A DNA stretch of 64,000 bases from Tubiluchus corallicola (Eukaryota > Animalia > Priapulida), in contig JAQGDQ010000508.1 of assembly GCA_030141605.1 (NCBI GenBank), forward strand, positions 62,001-126,000. Reading direction: 5' to 3'. The notes beneath the pieces are model-generated. The model did no database searches and had not been told where the DNA came from. It was given only the letters and a program-made list of their open reading frames with translations. Positions 1-33,514 of the stretch are shown one piece after another. A program made the position numbers and the translations under genes. Numbering within the stretch: position 1 is the first letter of the stretch; every line of letters starts with the position of its first letter.

Positions 1-225
1 TGTACCTAAGTAAGGATTTACACTGTTAGCTATCAAATGCGTCCTGCTAGAAATTAAAACTACTAGTGCAATGTAGTGCATAAAAACACAAGCATTTAAA
101 TACAGATAAAATTATAGCACACGATAAAATGTACAAGCACAAGCACACTAATTACCCAATACGATGTTGATAATGACTATAGGACAAACAATCAGTATAA
201 TTAATTAACTCGTGTCCAACAAATA

Positions 226-315
226 TTTATATATATATACCACACATACACATACATACACACACATACACACACACACACACGCACGCGCACGCGCACG
301 CGCACGCGCACACGC

Positions 316-352
<37 letters not shown>
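226..352 (+). repeat. Compound (TA)n/(CA)n/(CACGCG)n alternating purine-pyrimidine microsatellite
   Basis: Directly visible. Confidence 0.95.
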
Positions 353-356
<4 letters not shown>

Positions 357-3300
357 GTGCAGTTCATGAACCCGGGCCATGTGTTTTACTGCAATTGCTT
401 TCTCGGTTGCTAACTTTAATTACACTTTTTTACCAGCAGCCATTATTGTGATGATGTATCCTTGTCTAAAATTTGTCTATGCACAAGTTGCCGTTTTTAT
501 AATAACCTTTTGAAACTTGCGTTTAGTTACGCGGAATCTCTATGAGCTTAGAAACGCCATTGTCCTTACTGCAGCTTGCATGCGGTACGCAAAATTAAAA
601 ATGTTGACAAAAGCAACAACTATGACCTACAACGAAACGAAACGATTATACGAAATTAAGGTTGTCAACAGGCTTAAAATGTCACACGGTCACACCCATC
701 CAAGTACTTTCAAGTCTGAGCATTGTTTTTACTTTTATGCAACGCTTATATGGATGCTTTAACAATAATTTGAAATCTTCATTCAAATTACCATTGTCTG
801 TGTGTGAACAGAACTCACCATATAAATTTTACACGCAAGTCCACAATTGTTAACATTTTGCAAACGTCATCTGTAATAGAATTTGCGAAATTGTAAATTA
901 TAAGACAAAAGACACTTTGTCGGGTTTGAAAGCTTCGCATAAAACAATTACTAGCTGAGAAGCTCGTCAACTTTTGAGCAAGCTGATTAAACGTTATTAC
1001 CATGCATGCACGCAGGTCTAGTTATCTGTCTGCGTGATAATGATAGTGTCAAAACCGCCATTTCCGAGTTATTGGCTTGTCACTATTTATGTAGGCTGTG
1101 CGAGTGCGGTGCATGGTTTACAAGCTAATACATGTAACTTTAAACCTGCTCAGACAGTTCGAGAAGTTTCAATGGAGAAACTCAGTGAAATACTATTACT
1201 CTGATACGATTAGAGTTAAAATGTTTAACTGTAATCATGCAAGCAAATATATATAAATCCCGAATAGGTAAAAATATCTGAAATTCAAATTTTCTGTAAA
1301 ATTATCGTGAAGGCTACTGAACCATTTTTGAATTCAATGTGTTAGGTTTCATACCGAACAGCGAATTTAAATAGTAGAATGCTAAGAATGACAATAGAAT
1401 GAAATGTTTTCTACGTACGAAGTTTCTTACGTCAGTTTCTAAGAAACCGAATCAATTTTAACATTGTAAAATATTCTGTCTTCTATATCCATATGAATTC
1501 GTGATATTACTCATCAATTTTCTTCTCACTCACAGATTGTGAAACACAGAGACCATTTCAACCGCTTGCAATAACTTACGCTTTTTGGATTCATTTTTAT
1601 CCTGTAAACGCTTCTCTTTTGCATCATTTACCAAATCTATTCGGTTTCATATTGCATATGCCATGCACGAATGCAGTTGTCAATACTATTCATGCTGTCG
1701 CTCTTTCTATAAAAACGTTTTATATCGGAGTAATGTTTTCAGGATTTCATGCAACTACATACGGGTTATAAGTGCATAAACTATATAAAATTTTCAATTA
1801 ACTTTTTAGGAAAATAATATGCAGAAGTTTTGCCTAAATAGTAAAATTTAATTATAGTATCTTTATAGTAACAACGTCGAAGCGAAATTCAATAAATTCA
1901 CAGTACTAGTAGTATTTTTATTGTCATTATGACCAACAAGATTACATGTATATTTACACTAACGATACGTGGAACCCGCAATGTTACAACACAAATATTA
2001 GCGCAAATACACACCATTGGCAGTCATTTTTTAACATAATAACGTCCAAAAAGGTATTAATAAACAGATAACAATTTAGTGATAAAATTAACTCTCACAT
2101 AAATAAATTGAGAATATCGCTTAAAAATTTTCCGCAGGTTAAAGGGTTGATGTTACGAAACTCTAAAACATTACTTAAATTTAGATTGTATTTTTCACTC
2201 ACCGCTTTTGTTAGTTCACAGACGTGTTCTTCTTCTTCCGCTGAGTTACTGCAGGGACACAGCCTTAGATCGAGTGGGGAGCCTATGTATCGACCTCCGT
2301 GTACATAGTTACGGTTTGCACAAATTTGAATAAAAAGTCTTGATTAAGACTGATAATACTACATAATGTGCTGCTGCAATGTAATAGCTCTTTTTTGTAC
2401 TATTGTACATTATTGTTGTTTTTGCTGTATGTATGTCATTGTAATGTAATGTATATGTCAAAAAATTATAATTCTACGACAAGTGATAAATTGGTACATG
2501 CAAATTTAAGGAAAACAGGATGATTTTTCATATACTACCTTATTTTCAAGCCCGACAAAACGTACGCATTTTAACACAATTAAAACTGCAAAATCCTTTC
2601 TGATAATTAAATGGTAGATTTAAATCTTAATTAACAGCAGGCGAGCCCAACTATTGATGACATCACATTCTAACATAATTTTCAACAGCAAAAATATTCC
2701 ACGAGTGCGTGTTGCACGTGTTTGCGAAAGCGAAAATTGAAGTACACTGCCATTGTAAGATATTTAGTGTCTTATACTAAAACTAGACAAGCTTTAAGAT
2801 AAAAATTGAAATTTCAAATTTACCGCTGTGCTCACACATGACTGTAGAACGTGTGCAGTTCGTCACAAACTAATACATCTGAACTGACAGGTACAGCACC
2901 TGTTTTTTGCATAATGCTTTTCCGAAATGCAGGCGCTAGTGCCCGTTTAACTTGCGAATAGTGATTTGTATTTAACAGCGAAGAACTAATGGTGCGAACG
3001 CGAAATTGTGTTTGTGTGGTAATAATTCTTTCACCTAAGTCATTTTTGAAAAAATAGTGTGTCTCATTCCAATATTTTAAAAAGTAGATTATTTTGACCT
3101 ACAGTTTAAGATTGGCTTCGATTTTGCTTTATAGACTTAGGTTCTAGGAAGAACGTTTAATGCACATTTTTTTTTATTTGCAGACATTTAGATAACAGTG
3201 TCTGGCATTAATTAAGATGGCTGGTTCTTAGATTATTGTTACTAGTTTTATTTTTAATATATAAACGTGTTTTACTACTTTGACGACATTTTAGGAGTAG

Positions 3301-3738
3301 GCTGTATCTCTCTTAGAGGACATTGACAAAGTGTGAGAGAAAATAACACGGATTAAATCAAACTTCCCAAACGTGGGGATTACAAAACTGCAAGAGAGCA
3401 GCCACCTGAAACGACGACTTATTATTCGATTATACCGGAAGCCAGTTACTCTAACTTATCTAAAGCAGCCACTCAAGTGTCGTGAACTAAATCATCCTTT
3501 TCGCTTGCCAGTCAGTAATTCAGAAGCAACCAGCGTGAATAAAAAATCTCCTTTAAGCTAAAACGTGTAACAAATATAAAATTTATTACTTTATTAGCAA
3601 GATTTTTTTATTTTTCCTCTTACGACAATAATTAAAAGTAATAAACATGCGGTTGTGGCAGACTTTAAGTTGGTTAAGTTAAATATTTGCGCCCCCCCCT
3701 CTCTCTCCCTCCCAATTTTGTACTATGTATTTTCCTAA

Positions 3739-3887
<149 letters not shown>

Positions 3888-4414
3888 CCCTTCCTCTTTC
3901 TCTCTCTCTCTATATATATATCCTACCCCTTTTTCCTTTTCAATCTCATATCTGTCTCATTTCTGCTTCCCTTTCTCTTTTGATAAAATTATTCATTATC
4001 TTAATTAATGGACTGATTAATGGGGTGATCACCTACTGCGCCTATTCAAACGCGAGGCCGTCTTCTAATTTAAAATCGAATTTTTCAACCAATGCTTTTT
4101 AATCTACAGATCTTACAATAAACATTAGGCTATAACTATATCATAAACAGAAGTCAATAGCATCCACCAGGGTACAGAGCAACTGTTTTCATTTCCTGTT
4201 CTTTTGATTGCATCAACCTAAATAATGAATATTTTATGAATATTGCATGAAACTAATACGATTATTCTATACAAACTGAAGATGACAGTGATTCTGTTTG
4301 CGTTTTTGTGGAAACCATTTACAGTTCAAAACTTTAAAGTGCGTCTCTGGTGCAGTTTAATTAGTAGTGATGGTAGTTACAGATATTACAATTTGCATAG
4401 ATGTAATCTACATT

Positions 4415-4793
4415 AGAGCAGAGCACAGCAGAGCAGAACAGAGCAGAGCTGAGCTGAGCACAGCACAGCACAGCACAGCACAGCACAGCACAGCACAGCA
4501 CAGCACAGCACAGCACAGCACAGCAGAGCAGAGCAGAGCAGAGCAGAGCTGAGCTGAGCTGTGCTGAGCTGAGCTGAGCTGTGCTGAGCTGAGCTGAGCT
4601 GAGCTGTGCTGAGCTGAGCTGAGCTGAGCCGAGCCGAGCTGAGCTGAGCTGAGCGGAGCGGAGCGAAGCTGAACTGAGCTGAGCTGAGCAGAGCTGAGCT
4701 GGCCAGAGCGGAGCGGAGCGGAACTGAGCTGAGCTGAGCTGAGCTGAGCTGAGCAGAGCAGAGCAGAGCAGAGCAGAGCAGAGCAGAGCAGAG
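4415..4793 (+). repeat. Composite pentanucleotide satellite (AGAGC/ACAGC/TGAGC/CGAGC/GGAGC/TGTGC)
   Basis: Strict 5-bp period with blocks of variant units. Confidence 0.95.
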
Positions 4794-5308
4794 TACAGTT
4801 TTAAAGTCGGATCATACAAACTATAAACATAAGCTATGAAGCTTTTACAGCCGACTGATAAAGAATACATAAGACATACAAGATAAAGAAGCAGTACTGT
4901 AGAAATATATTGATGTGCTGAAATATGCTGATCAAATTAACAAAGAAATGCTAATTCGTATAGTAAGAGATTACACTATTTCAACTCCTAGAAGTGGTAT
5001 TCTTACAGCATTTGCTAAAACACTGTTTCTTTTGGAACACTCTGTATATTGCTGTCACTTTAATTGCTTATTACTGGCAACTACCTGCTCATTAGCGAGT
5101 TGGTAAGAAAAGAAAAACTTAATCAAGAGTGGAACAATAGTTGCTTACGCGTAGTACAGAGGATACCATGTTTTACATTTTCTGGCATTAAGCTTAGAAT
5201 GAATATTTGGATACCTCATTAAGATCTTCACCAACTTTGACTTCAGGCATATGCAGATTCCTCTTTAAGGAGATTTCTGATTTTTTTAAATCACATTTAA
5301 TCAGTTAA

Positions 5309-5989
5309 ATAACAAGAAAAGGGGTACCTGAAGTAGGTTTCAGAAAAATCGCCTTAAAAATTATATTATTTTATAGCAATTTTATGCGTATATCGTACTC
5401 TCGTTGAAAGGATTTTTTGTTTGCTTTTATTTTAAATTTCCCGCAATACTATTCCGACCGCGTCATTATATGATGTCACTTACGCACAACGTAAATCAGG
5501 GGAAGAAAAGGAAATGTTAAATTATGTCCCAAAAAACTTTCCATGCAAAATTTTTTTACTTAACATTTCGCTTACCTGCTTGAAAGATTTATGTAACTAG
5601 AAAAGAAAATTATTCATCATTTAAAATGCTTTCAACAATTGGTAAAATGTCGCTGACTTACCCTCCAGGGTGCACCACTCACTAACCAGAAACGTATTTT
5701 TAATCTTATTGCCAAGATACAGCAATTCTAAATTTTACTTAGATAGTGATGTGTGCAGTACGAATGCCCTGAACATTTTTTCAAACTTTACAGAATGTTA
5801 TCTAAACTTGTTTCAAATGACATATCGTCAAAATGGCTGCGTCTAATGGCTGCCTCTAAATAAAAATTTACATGTTTTATACAGAGTTATTGCCGACGCA
5901 AGTCTAATATGCAAAAAGGCATTAGGTAAGTGGTGTAAGATTTCAAGACGAATTTTAAGCTTTATGCGAATGGAGGGTTTTCTTGTGCT
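5309..5989. mobile_element. TTAA-flanked non-autonomous DNA transposon (Kolobok-like MITE), family A; further copy at 7937-8617
   Basis: TTAA|ATAACAAGAAAA...TTTTCTTGTGCT|TTAA imperfect TIRs; a diverged homologous copy lies at 18780-19444. Confidence 0.75.
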
Positions 5990-6405
5990 TTAACGAAAGT
6001 TAGGCTAAAATATCTTTGGAATACTAGAAGCCAACAACGATGGCGTCAGTGAACAACTTCAATCCTTTGACACGCATCGTCCATGAATAAGAACTTTCCA
6101 AGAATTTTATGAGTGAAAACTTTTTTGTGTTAATAAGTTGTGTAGTTACCATGCAGCATGTCTGATCTAATTTCGAAGTGTGGTTGTAAATTTCCATTAA
6201 CTGCAGCTTTGTGAATAAACTGCTCTATTGAATTTTCTGATGTATCCCATAAATAAAGATGGATCTTCCCTTTCCGATACCAATTAATTTTTGCATGGAA
6301 AAGAGCTGAAATTATGTGGTTGTGGCAGACTTTAAGTTGGTTAAGTTAAATATTTGCGGCCCCCCCTCTCTCTCCCTCCCAATTTTGTACTATGTATTTT
6401 CCTAA

Positions 6406-6545
<140 letters not shown>

Positions 6546-7072
6546 CCCTTCCTCTTTCTCTCTCTCTATATATATATATCCTACCCCTTTTTCCTTTTCA
6601 ATCTCATATCTGTCTCATTTCTGCTTCCCTTTCTCTTTTGATAAAATTATTAATTATCTTAATTAATGGACTGATTAATGGGGTGATCACCTACTGCGCC
6701 TATTCAAACGCGAGGCCGTCTTCTAATTTAAAATCGAATTTTTCAACCAATGCTTTTTAATCTACAGATCTTACAATAAACATTAGGCTATAACTATATC
6801 ATAAACAGAAGTCAATAGCATCCACCAGGGTACAGAGCAACTGTTTTCATTTCCTGTTCTTTTGATTGCATCAACCTAAATAATGAATATTTTATGAATA
6901 TTGCATGAAACTAATACGATTATTCTATACAAACTGAAGATGACAGTGATTCTGTTTGCGTTTTTGTGGAAACCATTTACAGTTCAAAACTTTAAAGTGC
7001 GTCTCTGGTGCAGTTTAATTAGTAGTGATGGTAGTTACAGATATTACAATTTGCATAGATGTAATCTACATT

Positions 7073-7421
7073 AGAGCAGAGCACAGCAGAGCAGAACAGA
7101 GCAGAGCTGAGCTGAGCACAGCACAGCACAGCACAGCACAGCACAGCAGAGCAGAGCAGAGCAGAGCAGAGCTGAGCTGAGCTGTGCTGAGCTGAGCTGA
7201 GCTGTGCTGAGCTGAGCTGAGCTGAGCTGTGCTGAGCTGAGCTGAGCTGAGCCGAGCCGAGCCGAGCTGAGCTGAGCGGAGCGGAGCGGAGCGAAGCTGA
7301 ACTGAGCTGAGCTGAGCAGAGCTGAGCTGGCCAGAGCGGAGCGGAGCGGAGCGGAACTGAGCTGAGCTGAGCTGAGCTGAGCTGAGCAGAGCAGAGCAGA
7401 GCAGAGCAGAGCAGAGCAGAG
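7073..7421 (+). repeat. Second copy of the composite pentanucleotide satellite
   Basis: Same block order as 4415-4793 with different unit counts. Confidence 0.95.
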
Positions 7422-8895
7422 TACAGTTTTAAAGTCGGATCATACAAACTATAAACATAAGCTATGAAGCTTTTACAGCCGACTGATAAAGAATACATAA
7501 GACATACAAGATAAAGAAGCAGTACTGTAGAAATATATTGATGTGCTGAAATATGCTGATCAAATTAACAAAGAAATGCTAATTCGTATAGTAAGAGATT
7601 ACACTATTTCAACTCCTAGAAGTGGTATTCTTACAGCATTTGCTAAAACACTGTTTCTTTTGGAACACTCTGTATATTGCTGTCACTTTAATTGCTTATT
7701 ACTGGCAACTACCTGCTCATTAGCGAGTTGGTAAGAAAAGAAAAACTTAATCAAGAGTGGAACAATAGTTGCTTACGCGTAGTACAGAGGATACCATGTT
7801 TTACATTTTCTGGCATTAAGCTTAGAATGAATATTTGGATACCTCATTAAGATCTTCACCAACTTTGACTTCAGGCATATGCAGATTCCTCTTTAAGGAG
7901 ATTTCTGATTTTTTTAAATCACATTTAATCAGTTAAATAACAAGAAAAGGGGTACCTGAAGTAGGTTTCAGAAAAATTGCCTTAAAAATTATATTATTTT
8001 ATAGCAATTTTATGCGTATATCGTACTCTCGTTGAAAGGATTTTTTGTTTGCTTTTATTTTAAATTTCCCGCAATACTATTCCGACCGCGTCATTATATG
8101 ATGTCACTTACGCACAACGTAAATCAGGGGAAGAAAAGGAAATGTTAAATTATGTCCCAAAAAACTTTCCATGCAAAATTTTTTTACTTAACATTTCGCT
8201 TACCTGCTTGAAAGATTTATGTAACTAGAAAAGAAAATTATTCATCATTTAAAATGCTTTCAACAATTGGTAAAATGTCGCTGACTTACCCTCCAGGGTG
8301 CACCACTCACTAACCAGAAACGTATTTTTAATCTTATTGCCAAGATACAGCAATTCTAAATTTTACTTAGATAGTGATGTGTGCAGTACGAATGCCCTGA
8401 ACATTTTTTCAAACTTTATAGAATGTTATCTAAACTTGTTTCAAATGACATATCGTCAAAATGGCTGCGTCTAATGGCTGCCTCTAAATAAAAATTTACA
8501 TGTTTTATACAGAGTTATTGCCGACGCAAGTCTAATATGCAAAAAGGCATTAGGTAAGTGGTGTAAGATTTCAAGACGAATTTTAAGCTTTATGCGAATG
8601 GAGGGTTTTCTTGTGCTTTAACGAAAGTTAGGCTAAAATATCTTTGGAATACTAGAAGCCAACAACGATGGCGTCAGTGAACAACTTCAATCCTTTGACA
8701 CGCATCGTCCATGAATAAGAACTTTCCAAGAATTTTATGAGTGAAAACTTTTTTGTGTTAATAAGTTGTGTAGTTACCATGCAGCATGTCTGATCTAATT
8801 TCGAAGTGTGGTTGTAAATTTCCATTAACTGCAGCTTTGTGAATAAACTGCTCTATTGAATTTTCTGATGTATCCCATAAATAAAGATGGATCTT

Positions 8896-9792
8896 NNNNN
8901 NNNNNNNNNNNNNNNNNNNNNNNNNNNNNNNNNNNNNNNNNNNNNNNNNNNNNNNNNNNNNNNNNNNNNNNNNNNNNNNNNNNNNNNNNNNNNNNNNNNN
9001 NNNNNNNNNNNNNNNNNNNNNNNNNNNNNNNNNNNNNNNNNNNNNNNNNNNNNNNNNNNNNNNNNNNNNNNNNNNNNNNNNNNNNNNNNNNNNNNNNNNN
9101 NNNNNNNNNNNNNNNNNNNNNNNNNNNNNNNNNNNNNNNNNNNNNNNNNNNNNNNNNNNNNNNNNNNNNNNNNNNNNNNNNNNNNNNNNNNNNNNNNNNN
9201 NNNNNNNNNNNNNNNNNNNNNNNNNNNNNNNNNNNNNNNNNNNNNNNNNNNNNNNNNNNNNNNNNNNNNNNNNNNNNNNNNNNNNNNNNNNNNNNNNNNN
9301 NNNNNNNNNNNNNNNNNNNNNNNNNNNNNNNNNNNNNNNNNNNNNNNNNNNNNNNNNNNNNNNNNNNNNNNNNNNNNNNNNNNNNNNNNNNNNNNNNNNN
9401 NNNNNNNNNNNNNNNNNNNNNNNNNNNNNNNNNNNNNNNNNNNNNNNNNNNNNNNNNNNNNNNNNNNNNNNNNNNNNNNNNNNNNNNNNNNNNNNNNNNN
9501 NNNNNNNNNNNNNNNNNNNNNNNNNNNNNNNNNNNNNNNNNNNNNNNNNNNNNNNNNNNNNNNNNNNNNNNNNNNNNNNNNNNNNNNNNNNNNNNNNNNN
9601 NNNNNNNNNNNNNNNNNNNNNNNNNNNNNNNNNNNNNNNNNNNNNNNNNNNNNNNNNNNNNNNNNNNNNNNNNNNNNNNNNNNNNNNNNNNNNNNNNNNN
9701 NNNNNNNNNNNNNNNNNNNNNNNNNNNNNNNNNNNNNNNNNNNNNNNNNNNNNNNNNNNNNNNNNNNNNNNNNNNNNNNNNNNNNNNNNNNN
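8896..9792. other. Assembly gap (897 N)
   Basis: Run of N. Confidence 1.
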
Positions 9793-9953
9793 TGAAAGGT
9801 AAAATTTAATTGAGTTTCACGATAGTGAACATTTTGTGCTTTTTACAAGGAAAGTAGGCCTACTGAGAGAGACAAGAATCAGATAGCTAAACCTTGGGTT
9901 TAACATGATGACTGAAAAGTTCAAAAAATATGTGTAATGAATTTTGATTCTAG

Positions 9954-28791
<18,838 letters not shown>

Positions 28792-30834
28792 CCAAAAATT
28801 TTCATTTGCCAAATATCTGCGGAAATTCGTGCTTTACCTAAGCTAATGTGGGGTGCCAGATATTGAACACACCCTTTCCCCATCTACTAAATTAAACATT
28901 CAGCAGTGCATAGGAATGGTACAATCAGAGAGCTTCCAGTTTTCTCGGAAACAGCATTTCAGAGTTTTCACGGGCTTCTTTCCTGGTTGTGTTGTCCTGC
29001 TTGAGCCATGGGTGGCTTCAATAATCAAAAATTTCAACAATAAGCAAAATTGTTTACCCTCGGGGAAACTAAGTTACCCATGGGATATTTCGAATACAGC
29101 ACGTGTAGCATATAGCGAGAGAACAACTTTTCCATGTTACGTTCGATTTCGAGTTTTAACCTGGACAAAGACGTTAACGAAATTCTGTGCTGAAACGTGC
29201 ATAGATTTATATTTACTGATTGAGTCACTGTGGTTGTTTACACATGCAGTTGTATGCCATTTTAACATACAAACAACAGAAAATACTTTCTTGCATTCAG
29301 TAATGATATTATGGAATAACAGAAAAATTTAATTAAAAATTATTTCATTAGAACAGAGAAAATTAAAATTTTCACGATGTTTTCCCAGATTTATTACAAA
29401 TAAGAAAGAGTTAATATTTCCTAATAATAAGTTCTATGGTATGTAAATGCCACCAAATTGGGGCACACACGAAAGCAAACTTACATTATGATAAAAATGT
29501 TCTGTAAAATTTCTTTCGTCTGCTTTAGATCTGATGAAATGGTGTTTTTAACTGAATTTTTCTGCTGAAAATGTGCCGAAGTTTAGACTACAATGACATT
29601 AGCAACAAATACTCTGCAAAGCAGAAATTTCGCTGTATGATCCGCTGTATCCGCTTTTGGCCGCGGAACTTACAAGATTACAGCTTCAGAGTTTTTAAGT
29701 TACGGACAAAAAACGTTTGTTTGTTACAAATTTAAATCCGCAAACAAGGTCAGCTAACCATCATATGAAAAACAGCCACGTTTTTAAATCATTCAATACA
29801 AACAATAAAGAAATCAATCAGTTTACATCCTGGTCTTTACCATAGAAAATAAAGCACTGATTAAAGCACTGCGCAAAAAATAGAACATCTTCCTGTGAGC
29901 TACGCTCACTGGAATTCGATACGACGTTTGATGCAGGAAAACTAAAATAAAAAATTGAGCGCTGGAAGTAAGAAACTCTCTCAGCTGTTGGAAGAAATGC
30001 CTTCGTCTAGTTTGCAGTGAAAATGGTGGACACATAAAGCAGTTGTTGTAAATTTTAACAATAGTGGCATGTACTTTTTTACGGCATTTATTTTTTTACT
30101 TATTCTAAATCTAAGGAAATGGCCTAAACTTTTTGGTGTTTATAAACAAGCACCTGGAACGTCAGTTTGCTAATTTTCAAGCGATTCCATTTTCATATCG
30201 AGATCAAAACCTCGGTACGTTTTTTGCGCCACCTTATATGTATAAATAAGCCTATTTAATGTAATATATAAAAGCAATTAAAGCAATTTCTTCATTCAGG
30301 CGGGCTTGTGGCATCAGGCGTATTTCTAAGTACACTAAAAAAATCACAGAACTTAATCATCCTACTACTGATTTTGACTTGTAATTTTAACAATGCATTT
30401 GATTTTAAATAACATTAACAACTTTTAGTAGGTCTTTTACATATAAATTTGTACAGAAACATGCGATTTGACATGCACAGTAGAGTATGGGGTAAAAGAC
30501 GATTTTTTTGTTTTTTGCTGCGATGTGTTTTAGAAAATCTCGCCGCATTTAACACAGATCTCTCTAAAATCCCATCCAATTTGCCCTGAGAGCTTTTTGT
30601 GCTAAATTAAATACGCTTACAGTAACAGAAGACGAATATTGCTGGTCCACTTTACTTTATTAAGAGCGTTGTGAAAGTTTTGACCAGCAGGTTGGGTATA
30701 TTGCATCTTCAGAATGTTTGATTAAAACAGATTCTCCAGAAGCAAGAATCTGATGAACATGAGGTGTTGATAAACTTACCTAAGACATAAAATCGCGGCT
30801 GACCATAGTTTAATGCAGTAACTCGACCCAAATC

Positions 30835-31415
30835 GCTACTCTTCCTTGCTGGGACCACTTTTTTAAAAAAGGCCTAAGGCTCCGCGAGTTCCCAACGGAT
30901 CGCCTAAAATTTTACATGAACGTACTAGACCGAATTCCTCATCGGCTGACGGAGTCAAGTTGACGACCCAAAAGTCTGTATTCAATATGGCAGCGATAAA
31001 TATTCGATAATCATTTTCGAAAAAATGCTTAAGACTCCGCCAAATCGGAAAGGATTATCAGGAAGCTGTGTTGAAATATACTAGCAAAATATTCGCATCG
31101 ATTGATTAAATCGGATTTTCGATCCGCCATTTTGAATTCAGGATGTGTCGAAAAATCCCTAAAGCTCAGAAAACTTTACAGAGCTTTACGTTACAGAAAT
31201 ATACTAGCATAAATTGCATATAAAGTGACAGAGTCGGATGTTCGATCTGCCATCTTGAAATCAAGATTGCTGCGACGACATCATTTTCAAAAGCCTAAGC
31301 TGAGCCTATTCGGACGAATCGCCTATTAGAACGAATTCAGCATCAATTAACAGAATCGGATTTTCGATATGCCATCTAAAATTCAAGATGGCGGCATTGA
31401 CGTAATTTCTAATCA
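30835..31415 (+). repeat. Degenerate tandem repeat (~120-140 bp units, about 4 copies) with a GCCATCTTGAATTCAAGATGGC-type palindrome
   Basis: TCGGATTTTCGAT..GCCAT.TTGAA.TCA.GAT recurs near 31110, 31235 and 31356, with a weaker copy near 30950; each is preceded by A.TAG..GAA.TT.GCAT. Confidence 0.7.
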
Positions 31416-33514
31416 CTAGTTCAAGTCGTATGTGTTTTCACATACAGCATAGCACAGTGCAAATTATAGTGTTTCAAACTGCAACCAGATTCGTTTTTCG
31501 TTTTGCATTGTAATCGCATGTGTATATACTACAATTAAAAAACTAATTTCCAAAATTCGATAAGATGTACTTAAATATTACGTATTTTGACTTATGTAAA
31601 ATATTTATTCCAAGTTCAAACGATCTAAGGGTAACGTGGATAAGTTTTTTATCTTTTATATGTTAAATTTTGTTAAAATCATAATCACACTCTGCACCAC
31701 GCTTACAGTTTGTAAATCTGTTATAATTGAAAGTAATTTCAGTGCACACAATAGTTGAGATTTTTATATTTTTTAGCTTCTAGAAATTAATAATTTTTTT
31801 TCACCTAGCAAAGTGAACCTTAATGGTGAGGGAATATACTCGACTGATGACAGGTTGTTTGCTCACCTGCAAAGTTAAACAGTACAACATGAAATCTGGC
31901 TAGTCTGGCTTGGATGCCAGTAGAAAACATTAGTTTCAGACGGTTTCCTCTGCCCATTTTGGCATATTATCCCAGTAGTTTGCCTCGACGAGGGAAACCG
32001 TGCGCATCCAAAACTGGTGAAGTTATTTCTACCGGTTCTCATCCTTGATAATGAACTAGGCCCCCTGCCACAAACATCAACCTAAATCATGTATTAAGTG
32101 CTAGACGCAGCGTGCCAAGCTGTATTTAAAGTAACAGTTTAATCAACAGGTGTTATTTTAGCGGTAATAATATACCACAAGAAATGACCAGGATTTTTTC
32201 CGTAATATAGGCCTAAGGCATTATTAGAGCTTTTGTATTAGCTCTACTAATTGTACAGTCTTTATAATGCACGGATATAAGGTGTTATTATACAAATAAT
32301 ATTGTATGATACTGCGCTTTGGTTGCGGCTTTGTTATTTGCTTGAAAGGGTAGGAAGTTATGTAAATATTCTATGTAAAATATCTTTTTTGTTACAATAA
32401 ACGAGAACATAGCGTAAAATAAGTGTCTTAATTTCGTCATTTGCAAAAGTGTCTCAATTATATGAAGTAGGTCAGCGCTGAACCCAAATGCACGACCACT
32501 TGGACTACAGATCTTATTCTTCTTTAGGAACAAAAAGAAACCAAGATAACGGGTTTTGGTTTGCGCTATGTGGAAAGCGCAGTTACAATGTAACAAGTAA
32601 TTCTGCATGATGAATGTAACCATGGGCCAAGTTTATTCAAATAAGGACACAATGCATTTCGGCCATGACATACCCTTTGAACCACATGCAAAATTACGAC
32701 ACTGAATCGAAGTGTTGCGATAACGATAATTATCTACTCACTTTCCGTTAGTTATGGAAATGAACAAAAGGGTGCAGCACATTGCAGCCGACACGCATTA
32801 CAGCACTGAGCATTATTATGGACTTTACGATAGTCAGAAAAATTAACATTAAAGCAGAAGAAAAACAGTTTCCTCATTTCTTTTCTAATCTAAACAACAT
32901 TTTCGAAGGCCACTACCTAGGACCATCTGCATCTATACCTCCTTTCTCTCTCTGTGTGCTCCTTCTCTCTCCCTCTCAGCAACTACAAAGACGTGTCAGG
33001 ATAAGTCGAAACGATCACCGTATACAGTACAATTTTTTGCATTATCTTTTAGGAAATTGTGTCAAAAATGATGACCTAAGATGATTACATAGTCGGACAT
33101 GGGATGGCTGTAATAGTGAAAAGTGGTTTGCGAAAGGTGCCTGTATATTATGTATATACAGTATAATTTATCTTTATTTTTCAATTTGGCATATACTTTA
33201 AATGACCATTAAAGCATATTATTAAACAACTCTTAAAGGCTTCTTATCTAACATAAATTACTAAAAATTCAAATACACATTTCATTACTTAAATTTGCCC
33301 AAATAGATAAAACATGTTTAAAAAATGAGCCTTATTCAAAATTCAATGACAGATCAGCAATTGGTTTTACGTATGTGAATATTCAGTATAATTTCAAGGA
33401 TCCTTTTTAATTACTGATTGTAATGGTAACTATAAAATTCACATTAATACTGCTGTAAATTCACCATGGACTTTAGACACCAGTATAGTAGTCATAACCA
33501 TTTGCATTCACAGT

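Noticed and set aside
4415-4793. Possible CRISPR-like or coded array
   Set aside because: Continuous 5-bp period with no unique spacers, in a eukaryotic context with no cas genes.
8856-9809. 300-aa ORFs in the ORF track
   Set aside because: Artefacts of the N gap.
28853-29332. 159-aa ORF right after the NMDA receptor stop
   Set aside because: GTG start, no recognisable motifs, lies in the presumptive 3' UTR, and is not in frame with the receptor, so not a readthrough extension.
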